From an uncultured virus (IMG/VR IMGVR_UViG_3300032331_001801) (taxonomy: Duplodnaviria > Heunggongvirae > Uroviricota > Caudoviricetes), in IMG/VR virus record IMGVR_UViG_3300032331_001801: DNA of 61,140 nt. One strand, written 5' to 3'. Made by a program: the position numbers and the translations under genes. A model generated the notes under the pieces. That model was not told where the DNA came from, did not search any database, and saw nothing but the letters and a program-made list of their open reading frames with translations. This document shows, piece after piece, positions 37,035 to 46,973 of the stretch (position 1 is its first letter; the number at the start of each line of letters is the position of its first letter).

Positions 37035-37576
37035 GGATTACTTTTTTTGTGTGGCACATCAAACACTAATGTGATACGTACATCATCCCCTATATTCTTA
37101 GCGGAATGTTCCTGTTTGTTGTCAAACCAAAATAGTGTGCCCGGTTCGACAACAACACTTTCATCTCCTACAGTATACAAGTAACGACCTTGTATTGACA
37201 AGTGATATCTATCTTTATTGAGATAGTATGTACCAAAGTCCATATGTTTACCGACTTGACCGCCAATTGGTATGGAAAGAAAACCACATCGTTTAAAATC
37301 TTTAAAATGCCGCTTCATAAAAGAAATTGCTTCAGTATGCCGATAATATGCTGGTGCTGGCACACAACCTTCAGAATCAAATACGTAATCACCAGGCTTG
37401 TCGATTGTACCAATTACCAATTGCAACACACCACTTTGACTTAGATATACATCTGGATCGAGCACTGTAGCATGTTGCAACTCTTTCTGATAATTCCAAT
37501 CAGTAGAATGCTCTTCCAACTGTTTCTTTATTTTTGAAACATTAATACCAGTTTTAATTATACGAATATTTTTCAT
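37031..37576 (-). CDS. aspartyl/asparaginyl beta-hydroxylase-like 2OG oxygenase
   Basis: HMD...RYHLSI...WFDNKQEHSA...RITLVFD. Confidence 0.8.
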   Translation of the reverse strand: MKNIRIIKTGINVSKIKKQLEEHSTDWNYQKELQHATVLDPDVYLSQSGVLQLVIGTIDKPGDYVFDSEGCVPAPAYYRHTEAISFMKRHFKDFKRCGFLSIPIGGQVGKHMDFGTYYLNKDRYHLSIQGRYLYTVGDESVVVEPGTLFWFDNKQEHSAKNIGDDVRITLVFDVPHKKSNP

Positions 37577-40116
37577 CCAAAGAAACTTTCTAAAGTTGCT
37601 TGCTTTTCAGCTTTCCAATTCAAACAATTTAAAATAACTTGAATTGGCTCCAAGAATGTTTTCTCAAACTGAGTATCATAATCAATGTATTCCTGTAAAC
37701 CAAATTCTTTTGGTAAACGTGTTGGGTATGATACGACAGAATCCTTAAACGGATTTGGTGTTTTCAAATATGTAAACTTCAATTTCTCACCTTCTTGTAT
37801 CAAAGGATACTTGTTGGTAAGATTTAATTGTTTAAGATAATGATTATAAAGTATGGCACCCTTAACATGAATCGGTGTTCCTTTTCTGTAAAGAGTTACC
37901 GAATCTGCATAATCAGTTAAACCATTCAACCCACGTGGAAATGAAATGTCTTCGGCAGGTAATCCTTTAAATTTATTTCTAAACTCTGAAATAAAATCCT
38001 GTATTTCGGATTCATCTGAAACCATAATCAACTTGATTATTTGTCGCATCTTCTCACGCACAGCCAGTGGTGTGGAAGACTTGATCATTTCAAGTCCCAT
38101 AACTTTTAAGTGTGGTTCATTATACTGAACACCTTCATTGTTATATACATTAAGAATGTAGCGTTTCTTGGCAGTCCAGATACCTTTATCTGCAAGTGCC
38201 TCACGCTTCATAATCATTTTTTGGTCAAACGCATGTACATAGTCAGCAAGTTCCTTATAGCTTTCATCAATAAACGGTTGCAATTTCTTTTCACACGCAT
38301 TATCCATGAATTCGATAACTTTATTGGTAGGCATCGATACTTTGCCTCCCGAACCATACACTTTTTCAACCAGTGGACCAAGTTTGAGATAAATTGAATC
38401 TGTGTCAGAGGCGATAACATAATCTGTTTCAGTTTTTAGTAAATTGTTTAAATATTCATTTAGTTTGTTTTCAATCCAACGAATAGACAATTGACCTGCT
38501 GAAGTCACCGCCAGTGCTATGCGTAAATCATAGAACCGGAAATACTGTGAACCCATCGCACCATATGCTGAGTTCAATGAAACCTTCTTAGCTAATTGTA
38601 GATTGTTATAACGTGCAATCAGCTTTTCGATTTCGTATTTCTTTGAATCATCTTTTTCATCTTCATAATCCTGCTGTGCCTTGAGCATCAGCTTTTTATA
38701 CTTCTTACGATCTTCATACATCTCAAGCATCATTTTTGGTAAGAAACCCTGCTTGTCGGTGCGGAAGAATTGTGCATTGGGTGTCACTGTAACATTAGTG
38801 AGTCCGGAAGTGTCTATACGCTTCATTAATAGAGCATCAACAGACACATCCTGTGAAAGGACTTCCCGCATTTCATCGGTATAATCTTCAGACTCAAGCA
38901 ACGTTTCTGGTGAAATGTTGTATTGAATAATCAAGTGTGGATATAGACTATTCAAGTCAAATGATGCTACCCAATTATGTAAACCCACCTGTGGGTCTTT
39001 GACATATGCACCTTCAAATGCCGCTGTCTTGTTCTGAATCACCCGTGGTGGAACAATAATATGCTTATCATGAAGATAGTTATATATCAATGCATCCCAC
39101 ATACGAGTTTGTGCAAAGACATCCTCATAGTTGGTTTTGGTGTCATATGCCAGAGTTAATGCCAACTCGATCAACTTCAACTTATCCTCAAGCTTCAGAA
39201 TAAGTTCAACGTCTTTGATGTTATATTCAATAAACTTCTGATGATTCAATCGGTACAATTGGTTTAAATTGTCGTATTCGTCATATGACAGTTTATTCTC
39301 ACCAAGTTCTACGCTGGCAATGTTATCCAGCTTATACGATTCCTGTGACTTACCATTCGGAGCGTACCATTGATACAGTTCATAATAGTCAAGTACAGGT
39401 ACACCAATAATCTCATGGATTACTTGTGTTTTACCTTTGAATGTGGTTTCACGCTGGCTTAAAAATCCCCAAGGTGAAAGCTTCTTTAAGTTATCTTCGC
39501 CAAGTATACGTGTGAAACGATTGATAATGTAAGGAATATCAAAAAGCTTGACATTCCAACCAGTGACGATATCAGGATAGTTATTTGACCAATCAGCAAG
39601 AAACCGTTTACACAAATCGATTTCATTTTCACATAGGATATAGATTTCATTATCTTTTACTTTATACTCACCACAACCATATACAGTAACACCGCCATTT
39701 AACTGCTGAATACCAATAGCAGTAATCGGTTCGGTTGCCTTAGTTGGATCGGGAAATCCATTCTCAGAACCTACCTCAATATCAATTATGACAATTGATA
39801 GATCGTTAATATCCCAATCGATATTACCTCTAAAAGTGTCTGCAATGAAGGCGTACTCATACCTAGTATTACCAAAGATTTTAAAGTTTGCCACATCTTC
39901 ATAGCGTTTAACGAAATTCCTTGTTTCACGAATGGTTTCAAATTTCATTGCCTCCAGTGGTTCATTAAGTAATGTTTTCCACTCTGTAGCTTTCTTGGAT
40001 GGCAAAAACAAAGTCGGAGAGTATGGAACTTTTTCCTTGACTCTCCGACCATTGTTGATACCTCTATACAAGATGTTATTACCATGTATAGCAACACTGG
40101 TATAATATTTACTCAT
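37573..40116 (-). CDS. DNA polymerase family B (T4 gp43-like)
   Basis: DIEV exonuclease motif, SFDLNSLYP, KVSLNSAYG, SDTDS. Confidence 0.97.
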   Translation of the reverse strand: MSKYYTSVAIHGNNILYRGINNGRRVKEKVPYSPTLFLPSKKATEWKTLLNEPLEAMKFETIRETRNFVKRYEDVANFKIFGNTRYEYAFIADTFRGNIDWDINDLSIVIIDIEVGSENGFPDPTKATEPITAIGIQQLNGGVTVYGCGEYKVKDNEIYILCENEIDLCKRFLADWSNNYPDIVTGWNVKLFDIPYIINRFTRILGEDNLKKLSPWGFLSQRETTFKGKTQVIHEIIGVPVLDYYELYQWYAPNGKSQESYKLDNIASVELGENKLSYDEYDNLNQLYRLNHQKFIEYNIKDVELILKLEDKLKLIELALTLAYDTKTNYEDVFAQTRMWDALIYNYLHDKHIIVPPRVIQNKTAAFEGAYVKDPQVGLHNWVASFDLNSLYPHLIIQYNISPETLLESEDYTDEMREVLSQDVSVDALLMKRIDTSGLTNVTVTPNAQFFRTDKQGFLPKMMLEMYEDRKKYKKLMLKAQQDYEDEKDDSKKYEIEKLIARYNNLQLAKKVSLNSAYGAMGSQYFRFYDLRIALAVTSAGQLSIRWIENKLNEYLNNLLKTETDYVIASDTDSIYLKLGPLVEKVYGSGGKVSMPTNKVIEFMDNACEKKLQPFIDESYKELADYVHAFDQKMIMKREALADKGIWTAKKRYILNVYNNEGVQYNEPHLKVMGLEMIKSSTPLAVREKMRQIIKLIMVSDESEIQDFISEFRNKFKGLPAEDISFPRGLNGLTDYADSVTLYRKGTPIHVKGAILYNHYLKQLNLTNKYPLIQEGEKLKFTYLKTPNPFKDSVVSYPTRLPKEFGLQEYIDYDTQFEKTFLEPIQVILNCLNWKAEKQATLESFFG

Positions 40117-40128
40117 TAGTTAATCATA

Positions 40129-40437
40129 TCACAGTTTTAAACCAGCAGGAGCAAGTTCGATACGACTGAACATTTTGCGATATTGTTCTAATAAATCACT
40201 TACTGGAGTTGTGACACAAAAGATATTTTCGTTTTTGATAGAAATACCTTTATCAAACTCTTCAGTGTACGCAAGATAAGGTGCAAAACCTACACCACCC
40301 TGATCACCAGCATTGCGTGGTGGTACAGCAATTACTTGTACTGGATTTTTTACGAGAAAATCCAGATCATCTTCTTCAACGATTTCTGCAATAATGGTTT
40401 GTTGTGTATTAAATGTGATTAATTTAATATTACTCAT
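40129..40437 (-). CDS. hypothetical (Sm-like) protein
   Basis: 102 aa; pattern typical of T4-like Sm-fold ORFs. Confidence 0.6.
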   Translation of the reverse strand: MSNIKLITFNTQQTIIAEIVEEDDLDFLVKNPVQVIAVPPRNAGDQGGVGFAPYLAYTEEFDKGISIKNENIFCVTTPVSDLLEQYRKMFSRIELAPAGLKL

Positions 40438-40664
40438 GCTGCTACCCTCATTGAAGTTTCGAGGACATCAAGTGTCACCCATTTTTTAGGAAATAACATC
40501 TCACGACCACGGAAGTCTGCGATGTCGTATGTTGGGTCATCAACCAAACCGACTAATTCAACCTTATTGTCGAATTCGCGCAGTACAACATCATATTTGT
40601 ATGCTTTGGGATATTTTGGATTTGTTTCTGCGATTTGTTTTGCGACTTTTGTAGTTGAACTCAT
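40434..40664 (-). CDS. hypothetical protein
   Basis: 76 aa with AAGGAG SD. Confidence 0.7.
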   Translation of the reverse strand: MSSTTKVAKQIAETNPKYPKAYKYDVVLREFDNKVELVGLVDDPTYDIADFRGREMLFPKKWVTLDVLETSMRVAA

Positions 40665-40694
40665 GCAAACTCCTTATAAATCATCATTTTTAAA

Positions 40695-40723
40695 ATTATA
40701 ATAAATTTTTCACTCAGTGTCAA
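40695..40723 (-). promoter_or_regulatory. sigma70 consensus promoter upstream of the gp43 unit
   Basis: TTGACA-N17-TATAAT, perfect consensus. Confidence 0.8.
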
Positions 40724-41210
40724 GTTTATGTACATCAATACCACATTTTTTTAAAAAATCAGCACCACCATTTGAACTCGAATAAGAATTTTTATAGTAT
40801 ACCTCTTTGATTCCTGCTTGATGTATGATTTTAGCACAATTTAAGCAAGGTTCATGCGTAACAAATAATGATGCGCCATCTGAAGAATTGGTGGAACGTG
40901 CAACCTTTGCCAGAGCATTGGTTTCGGCATGAAGCACTTCACGCTTAGTTCTTTTTCTTGACCAACCATGAGCAGTTTCAGTATATCCGTTTGAAATTAA
41001 TACTTCTTGAGAAATGTAACACTCATCTTTCAAGATATATTCAGTATCTTCACAGACATTATCCCAACCCGATGGCATACCATTATAACCGATTCCGATG
41101 ATTGTGTTGTCTTTTACGACTACGCAACCGACATGAAGTCTAGTTGCTGATGATAATTCTGCATATACTTCAGCAGCCTTCATGTGTGCTTGTATAAATT
41201 TAGTTTTCAT
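40710..41210 (-). CDS. cd: dCMP deaminase
   Basis: GYNG, HAETNA, PCLNC. Confidence 0.92.
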   Translation of the reverse strand: MKTKFIQAHMKAAEVYAELSSATRLHVGCVVVKDNTIIGIGYNGMPSGWDNVCEDTEYILKDECYISQEVLISNGYTETAHGWSRKRTKREVLHAETNALAKVARSTNSSDGASLFVTHEPCLNCAKIIHQAGIKEVYYKNSYSSSNGGADFLKKCGIDVHKLDTE

Positions 41211-41264
41211 AATAAGAAGTAAGTACTCACTTCACATAGGGCGTTTGGGCGATTTCTTCCGAGA

Positions 41265-42083
41265 CTATTCCAAAATCACTAATGGCACATGGATTGGAGC
41301 CTTGGCATTCATCGCAATGAAGAATGGCAAGAATCTTTCACCTAAAAATCCTGGATACCTCCAAGGCAGTGGTTCTGGTGTGGTCTGTTGTGTTGGATAT
41401 GCTGTCTTGGCATATGTCCAGATGTACTCATAGATTTCAAACAACTCACTGACATACTTTTTAAACAATTGCTTACGCATGATGTAGCAAGTCTCAAAAC
41501 TGATTTTATTACCGTTGAACCAATCTAGTTTATTACGATAGTCAGGTAACAATTCAGTAATTGCTTTTTCAAACAGTTCCCAATACTCAGCAGGTTGTGA
41601 CTGTAGATACTGGTCTTTGATTGAGAACGGCAAATGAGTTTGTATGTTAGTGATGACATCATGACTTTGAAGCATGTGCAATGCTGCATTTGCCATTCGA
41701 TCTGATGATAGATAGTCAGCATTTATTTGATTTGCTGCCATAGTAATCTTTGGTACCGCTTGTGTAATATCATCAAGTAATAAGTATCGACGATACGTTG
41801 TGCAACCAATGTAGTCTGTCTTACCATACTTCCACAGCCAATACTCGGATGCTTGTTGACCCATAGCTTTCAGAAATTCAAGTTCAGATACTTTAGAGTA
41901 GTGATGTTGATATTCTTGAATTCGATTTTGTTCACGTGATGTGTTAATCCACACACCTTCTTTGCTTGGTGGATAATACTCATAAGCACCAGTACCACCA
42001 GCATATGCTGCTCTCATCCAAGATGAGTTATGATTAAATGGAAAGTCCTTGTGAAAGTGACTTATCATCAATAAATCATTCAC
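41265..42083 (-). CDS. DUF4422-like putative glycosyltransferase
   Basis: YIGCTTYRRY, CYIMRKQLF..Y, RYPGFLGER; start approximate. Confidence 0.7.
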   Translation of the reverse strand: MNDLLMISHFHKDFPFNHNSSWMRAAYAGGTGAYEYYPPSKEGVWINTSREQNRIQEYQHHYSKVSELEFLKAMGQQASEYWLWKYGKTDYIGCTTYRRYLLLDDITQAVPKITMAANQINADYLSSDRMANAALHMLQSHDVITNIQTHLPFSIKDQYLQSQPAEYWELFEKAITELLPDYRNKLDWFNGNKISFETCYIMRKQLFKKYVSELFEIYEYIWTYAKTAYPTQQTTPEPLPWRYPGFLGERFLPFFIAMNAKAPIHVPLVILE

Positions 42084-42234
42084 TTGGTGTTTCCTTTTTC
42101 TTTTTGAATTCAATCTTCGGTGCAATGATAGCAGAGATCATAGCATCACGAAAATCTTTCTTACGTTCACTTGCCATGTTGGTCAGCATGACCTTCAATG
42201 GTTTTGTCATTCTAAAATTTGAATTAGGTTTCAT
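42076..42234 (-). CDS. small hypothetical protein
   Basis: Manual ORF MKPNSNFRMTKPLKVML...KKETPSE with a TAATG overlap. Confidence 0.6.
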   Translation of the reverse strand: MKPNSNFRMTKPLKVMLTNMASERKKDFRDAMISAIIAPKIEFKKKKETPSE

Positions 42235-42800
42235 TACCATGCCCAAGAAACATAAGAGTATCTGGTGCCTTCTGTCACCAACTTGACCTCATGTGGATAT
42301 AAAAAGTTTGAAGGAAATATCATAATCTCACCTGCTTTTAACTCAACAACTGTATCATCCCAAAATACAAGTTCACCACCTGTATAATCATTATTCAAAG
42401 AACCAAGAATGCTCAAGGTAGGAATACCTTTGCGTTGACCATCAAACATGGAATGAATGTGATCACAATGAAGTTTCATTTGGGTGTCGGTCCGATAACG
42501 ATTGAAACGAACTTCAGAAAATCCATTCCAACTAACAAACCAACCCTTCATATCCAAATCTTCTACATATTTTCTCAAAGTATTCCATATCTCTTCCATG
42601 ATTAAATCTTTTGTAGCAATCTGAGAATATGCTACTGAAAGTTCATGTTCGTATGAATGATATGCGCCAGTAGTTGAATTATAAAATTGATGTGTCTGGA
42701 ATTCTTTATCTTTTTCTTCCAGTGCCTTGACTGTCTCGATACAATCTTTTTCAGATAGTACCTGATAAACTTTGAGATATTTTTCTATATTTCTATCCAT
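42234..42800 (-). CDS. 2OG-Fe(II) oxygenase (prolyl-4-hydroxylase-like)
   Basis: HCD...LNNDYTGGEL...FPSNFLYPHEV...RYS. Confidence 0.85.
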   Translation of the reverse strand: MDRNIEKYLKVYQVLSEKDCIETVKALEEKDKEFQTHQFYNSTTGAYHSYEHELSVAYSQIATKDLIMEEIWNTLRKYVEDLDMKGWFVSWNGFSEVRFNRYRTDTQMKLHCDHIHSMFDGQRKGIPTLSILGSLNNDYTGGELVFWDDTVVELKAGEIMIFPSNFLYPHEVKLVTEGTRYSYVSWAW

Positions 42801-42817
42801 AATGTACCCTTTAATAA

Positions 42818-42836
42818 GTGGGGCATTACGCCCCAC
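42818..42836 (-). terminator. GC-rich hairpin downstream of hsp20 (putative terminator)
   Basis: GTGGGGC-GTAAT-GCCCCAC followed by TTATT. Confidence 0.6.
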
Positions 42837-42839
42837 CGT

Positions 42840-43367
42840 TTATGATGCTAGATTATCCGCATAAGTTGAACGATCTAAATGTTGTTGCTCTTGTAGAAGT
42901 TCTGGTTTACTTTCGTTTCTATAGAATCCTACACGATTTAGAAAATATTCATTACCAATTTCAACCTTGCGTGGTTTCTTGTGTTCTGGAATTACATTTT
43001 CTAATCCAACACGAAGAATGCCATCTTTGATTTCAGCACCCTTAACTTCAATGGTGTCTGCAATTGTGATTACTTTGGTGAAAGACCGAGTACCAATTCC
43101 ACGATGTAGATAGTTTGATTCATCTTTGTCTTTCTTATCACCTTTGATTGTCAAGTTACCTTCTTGAACTCGAATATCAATTTCCTCTTTTGCAAAACCT
43201 GCAACAGCAAGTTCTACAACATACTTATTATCATCTGCTTTGATGATATTGTGTGGTGGGAAAGTTGATGGTTTGATTTCACTATCAAGAATTTTCTCAA
43301 CATCACGAATAAAGTTTTCAAAACCAAGTGTTTGATGGAACAAAGGTCCAAATGAAATACGTGTCAT
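42840..43367 (-). CDS. small heat-shock protein Hsp20 (IbpA-like)
   Basis: FPPHNIIK, ELAVAGF, YLHRGI..RSF, DGIL. Confidence 0.92.
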   Translation of the reverse strand: MTRISFGPLFHQTLGFENFIRDVEKILDSEIKPSTFPPHNIIKADDNKYVVELAVAGFAKEEIDIRVQEGNLTIKGDKKDKDESNYLHRGIGTRSFTKVITIADTIEVKGAEIKDGILRVGLENVIPEHKKPRKVEIGNEYFLNRVGFYRNESKPELLQEQQHLDRSTYADNLAS

Positions 43368-43420
43368 ACGTTTCTCCTTATTACAAGCAAGTTAAATTAC
43401 GTGACCCCGAAGGCATCACG
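43368..43420 (-). promoter_or_regulatory. ROSE-like RNA thermometer preceded by a C(UUCG)G hairpin
   Basis: 5'-CGUGAUGCC-UUCG-GGGUCACG...CUUGCUU-GUAAU-AAGGAG-AAACGU-AUG. Confidence 0.65.
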
Positions 43421-43422
43421 AC

Positions 43423-43611
43423 TTATTTGACAACCTCAAACGCTGTGCGATTGACAAGATAAGTTCTTTGAGGATTTGATTGGGTAAAGACTCGAACAAA
43501 TTCGTTTGAGCCTTCCCTAATCACATCATCGTAATTTCTGGTAAATACTTCTTCTTTGGTATACTTGTTCACAAGTTTGACCAAATTGTTTTTCGCTTTG
43601 TACATGATCAT
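43423..43611 (-). CDS. hypothetical protein
   Basis: 62-aa ORF between regA and hsp20. Confidence 0.65.
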   Translation of the reverse strand: MIMYKAKNNLVKLVNKYTKEEVFTRNYDDVIREGSNEFVRVFTQSNPQRTYLVNRTAFEVVK

Positions 43612-43619
43612 TCACCATT

Positions 43620-44024
43620 TTAGTAATCGTTTTTCTTTTTACCAATGTTATATTTAGCAATCAGTTCCCACTCATCCTTCTCTTTGAAAGCAATGATTTT
43701 GATTTGGTGAATTGGTGCCATGTTATGTTCAATTATATCATAGTTGATAATCTTTAACAATCCCCACTCCTCTAACAAGTTGGCAATAGCATTACGTCTT
43801 TGGATATCATTCTCGGTAATCGTGGATAGTTTACCGTCTAAAGCAAATAATTCTTTGAAGTGTACAATATAATACTTACCCTGCTTATGCAGAATATGGC
43901 AAGACTGATACAATACCTTTTCTTTCCTAGAAGAAACACCAATCCGTGTTAGTGTTTCCCTGACCTTTAGGAAGTCATCCTGTTCTACCAGAGTGACTTC
44001 AACAAATTTCGATAAATCAACCAT
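43620..44024 (-). CDS. regA: translational repressor RegA
   Basis: DDFLKVRETLTRIG, LYQSCHILHKQGKYYIVHFKELF. Confidence 0.95.
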   Translation of the reverse strand: MVDLSKFVEVTLVEQDDFLKVRETLTRIGVSSRKEKVLYQSCHILHKQGKYYIVHFKELFALDGKLSTITENDIQRRNAIANLLEEWGLLKIINYDIIEHNMAPIHQIKIIAFKEKDEWELIAKYNIGKKKNDY

Positions 44025-44025
44025 A

Positions 44026-44412
44026 TCATTTTCCCAATCCACCCGTTAAGGTCTGTTCTTTTAATTGTTGGATTTGTTCTTTGGTTAGTAGGCGCAAGGC
44101 TTCGAGTGCCTTGGTGTCGGAGAATCCATAGACCAGCTTTACGCATTCTATATCATCATTTTGTTCCGACTTTTCCCACTTCGCATAGGGTCTTTTCATA
44201 GACCTAATTGTATTTAGTAAAAAGTCATTCTGCAACTTCCTGTCTAAATGGGGACGCTGATTCATCTGGTTTACAAAAGATACGCAGTCTCTATAAAATG
44301 ATAACCCTTTGTTCACCAAGAAAGGCTTGTAGGCTTTCTCGGTTTCCTCATTCACAATCAGATTCTTTTTAGCCTGAAGAATATCTTTAACATAATCAAA
44401 TGGGTTGCTCAT
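44026..44412 (-). CDS. clamp loader small subunit (gp62-like)
   Basis: PFDY, YKPFLVNKGLS, position before regA. Confidence 0.88.
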   Translation of the reverse strand: MSNPFDYVKDILQAKKNLIVNEETEKAYKPFLVNKGLSFYRDCVSFVNQMNQRPHLDRKLQNDFLLNTIRSMKRPYAKWEKSEQNDDIECVKLVYGFSDTKALEALRLLTKEQIQQLKEQTLTGGLGK

Positions 44413-44816
44413 GATTTTTCTAACCAATCGGATGCTCTTTTTAAAATATCTGTACTATCTTTAAAATTTCCTAAAGCTCGATTGCAATCGTGACATAACC
44501 AACCTCTAAATTTTCCACTTTTATGGTCATGATCGCAACACCAAGAACTTGTTTTTTTCCCCCCCAAACCACGGACTTCAATTTCTTTACGCTTACATAT
44601 AGGACATTCATAATTTTCATCTGGATATGAATCTATATATTTTGCTTTCAACTTTTGTCTAGCCTTAGACAACTCAGATTCACACGATTTACATGCTGTC
44701 CTAAAATAATTTGCACCACCTGCCTTAGTGTAGTTACTTAATGTTTTTTCTTCACCACACTTAATACATTTTTTTAGTTCTTGATTTATGGGTTCGCCCC
44801 ATAAATCATAAATCAT
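44409..44816 (-). CDS. endonuclease VII-family (His-Me) free-standing endonuclease
   Basis: CIKC..CKSC, CPIC, DHDHKSGKFRGWLCHDCNRALG. Confidence 0.82.
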   Translation of the reverse strand: MIYDLWGEPINQELKKCIKCGEEKTLSNYTKAGGANYFRTACKSCESELSKARQKLKAKYIDSYPDENYECPICKRKEIEVRGLGGKKTSSWCCDHDHKSGKFRGWLCHDCNRALGNFKDSTDILKRASDWLEKS

Positions 44817-45742
44817 AAAAATTCCCCATTCGCCATGATCTCAGTCAGACATGCCACCAGATTGATTTCACGATCAGCAACGAATGCTTGTTTGTATTGA
44901 TAGTCTGCAAGAATTACTACGATCTGTGGAATGCATTGTGGTTTCAAAAAGTCATACATGCCATCATAAAGCTTGCGATAGATTGTTGTATGGTCACCAT
45001 CAGATGTTGCTGCCCACTTACGCATGGATGTAAAGTCTTTGGTCTTCAAAAACTTAACAACATCAGCAATTGATATGTCAGCAATCTGAGATAGAAGACC
45101 CACATCAATCTTACCCAACTTAGAATATCGTTGTAGTTCATTGATGACCCGACGAAAATCTGGAAAGTGTTTCTTGATAAGTTCAGCAACAACTTTCTTA
45201 TCGTATTCAGTTTTCTCTGAGTCTAATACATGCTCGATTCGTTTGAAGAATCCAGATGCCATCTGTGTTTTCTCATCAGCCTTGAGATTGAAATCCACAA
45301 CAGCACAACGTGAATGTAATGGTTCAATGATCTTGGCTTTGTAGTTACATGTAAAGATGAATGAACAGTTGTTTGCAAACTCTTCTATTGCATTACGGAG
45401 AATAGCTTGTGCATTGGCAGTCAGGTAATCAGCTTCATCAATGATGATAACTTTCCTACCTCCAAAGAATGCTAATGATGATGCGTAGTTCTTTACCTTG
45501 ACACGAATTGTATCAACACCATTCTCATCAGAACCATTGATTATCATGAAGTCGCAGCCGACTTCGTTGCACATCGCCTTGGCTATTGTTGTCTTTCCTA
45601 CTCCCGCCCCACCAGACAACAGAAGATTTGGTATCTGTTTTTGGTTCACGAATTCCTGAAATACCTTCTTTAATCTGTCTGGAAGAATACAATCCTCCAC
45701 TTTCGTTGGACGATACTTTTCTGTCCACAAGAGATGTTCCAT
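44813..45742 (-). CDS. clamp loader large subunit (gp44-like)
   Basis: WTEKYRP, GAGVGKTT, IDEAD, SRC. Confidence 0.95.
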   Translation of the reverse strand: MEHLLWTEKYRPTKVEDCILPDRLKKVFQEFVNQKQIPNLLLSGGAGVGKTTIAKAMCNEVGCDFMIINGSDENGVDTIRVKVKNYASSLAFFGGRKVIIIDEADYLTANAQAILRNAIEEFANNCSFIFTCNYKAKIIEPLHSRCAVVDFNLKADEKTQMASGFFKRIEHVLDSEKTEYDKKVVAELIKKHFPDFRRVINELQRYSKLGKIDVGLLSQIADISIADVVKFLKTKDFTSMRKWAATSDGDHTTIYRKLYDGMYDFLKPQCIPQIVVILADYQYKQAFVADREINLVACLTEIMANGEFL

Positions 45743-45765
45743 GAGAACCTTTCACATAAATCATA

Positions 45766-46737
45766 TTAATTAAAAAACTCTTCAAGAGTTGTCTGGTTAT
45801 CCTCTACTTCGATTATCTTTTCTTCAGCGGTAATTCTTTCCTGTTGAAGTGCTTGATAATCATTGTTGAGTTCACAACCCAAATACTGCCTACGATTCTT
45901 GATAGCAACTGCTGCGGTGGTACCCGAACCCATGAATGGGTCAAGCACTATATCACCTTCACGTGAACCTGCTAATACACATGGTTCAATTAGTTCCTGT
46001 GGATAGACTGCAAAGTGTGCGCCCTTGTATGGTTTAGTATTGACTGTCCATACACTACGCTTATTAGCTTTGGTGTAGTCATTCTTTTTTAAACCACCCA
46101 TCTTTGTACGACCTGGTGTGTTGTTCAATCGAGTTTCATCACGATTGCGATCTGTGTTGTCTGTACTTGTAGCATCGTATTTAATTGCTTCATTGTCGTA
46201 GTAATAGTTCTTCGATTTTGATAGCAAGAAAATATATTCATGCGCCTTAGTGCAACGATCACGAACTGATTCGGGCATGGGGTTTGGTTTGTGCCAGATA
46301 ATATCTTGACGTAGATACCAACCATCAGCACGAAGTGCAAAGGCAAGCATCCAAGGAATACCAATCAAGTCTTTTTCTTTCAGACCTTCAAGTTTCAATC
46401 CTCTTTTGTGACAATTTTCAACTTCTGAAAACTTTTGACCTGCAATAGATTGTTTCCCTTGGCGTTGTCCAACACCTGGTCGATAGTTGTAGTAGCTGTC
46501 ACCAATGTTAACCCATATCACACCGTCATCAGCAAGAAGTTCTCGAACATGTCGAAACACATCTACCAAATTTTCAATGAATTCTTCTGGTGATTCTTCA
46601 AGACCTATCTGACCTGAGTGACCATAGTCCCGTAGACCATAGTACGGTGGGCTTGTGATGCAAGTTTGTACCTTCACACCTTCAGTTGCCCACCGTGCCA
46701 TAGTCTCACGGCAATCTCCAAACTCAATTTTGTTCAT
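45766..46737 (-). CDS. DNA amino-methyltransferase (N4C/N6A, beta class)
   Basis: TSPPY precedes LDPFMGSGTT. Confidence 0.9.
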   Translation of the reverse strand: MNKIEFGDCRETMARWATEGVKVQTCITSPPYYGLRDYGHSGQIGLEESPEEFIENLVDVFRHVRELLADDGVIWVNIGDSYYNYRPGVGQRQGKQSIAGQKFSEVENCHKRGLKLEGLKEKDLIGIPWMLAFALRADGWYLRQDIIWHKPNPMPESVRDRCTKAHEYIFLLSKSKNYYYDNEAIKYDATSTDNTDRNRDETRLNNTPGRTKMGGLKKNDYTKANKRSVWTVNTKPYKGAHFAVYPQELIEPCVLAGSREGDIVLDPFMGSGTTAAVAIKNRRQYLGCELNNDYQALQQERITAEEKIIEVEDNQTTLEEFFN

Positions 46738-46755
46738 AATATAAAATAAAAAAAG

Positions 46756-46971
46756 TTAATCTTTTTGATTCAGAGTATTAACTACTTCAAGGTATGGTTC
46801 TTTGACATGCCAATCAGTACCATTGACACCAAAGATAACTGTACGCATCTGTAATTTAGCATTCTCATCTGGTGTAATCAGTTCAAACACCGATGCTACA
46901 ACTTCTGAGTTGATTGCAATTGATTCGCCATCAAATGCAGTTGATGCATTAGTAAACATTTTCATTGCCAT
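46756..46971 (-). CDS. hypothetical protein
   Basis: 71 aa, downstream of gp45. Confidence 0.65.
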   Translation of the reverse strand: MAMKMFTNASTAFDGESIAINSEVVASVFELITPDENAKLQMRTVIFGVNGTDWHVKEPYLEVVNTLNQKD

Positions 46972-46973
46972 GA

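Noticed and set aside
7303..40116. Introns or inteins in nrdA, nrdB, gp41, uvsX or gp43
   Set aside because: All are uninterrupted and of ordinary length.
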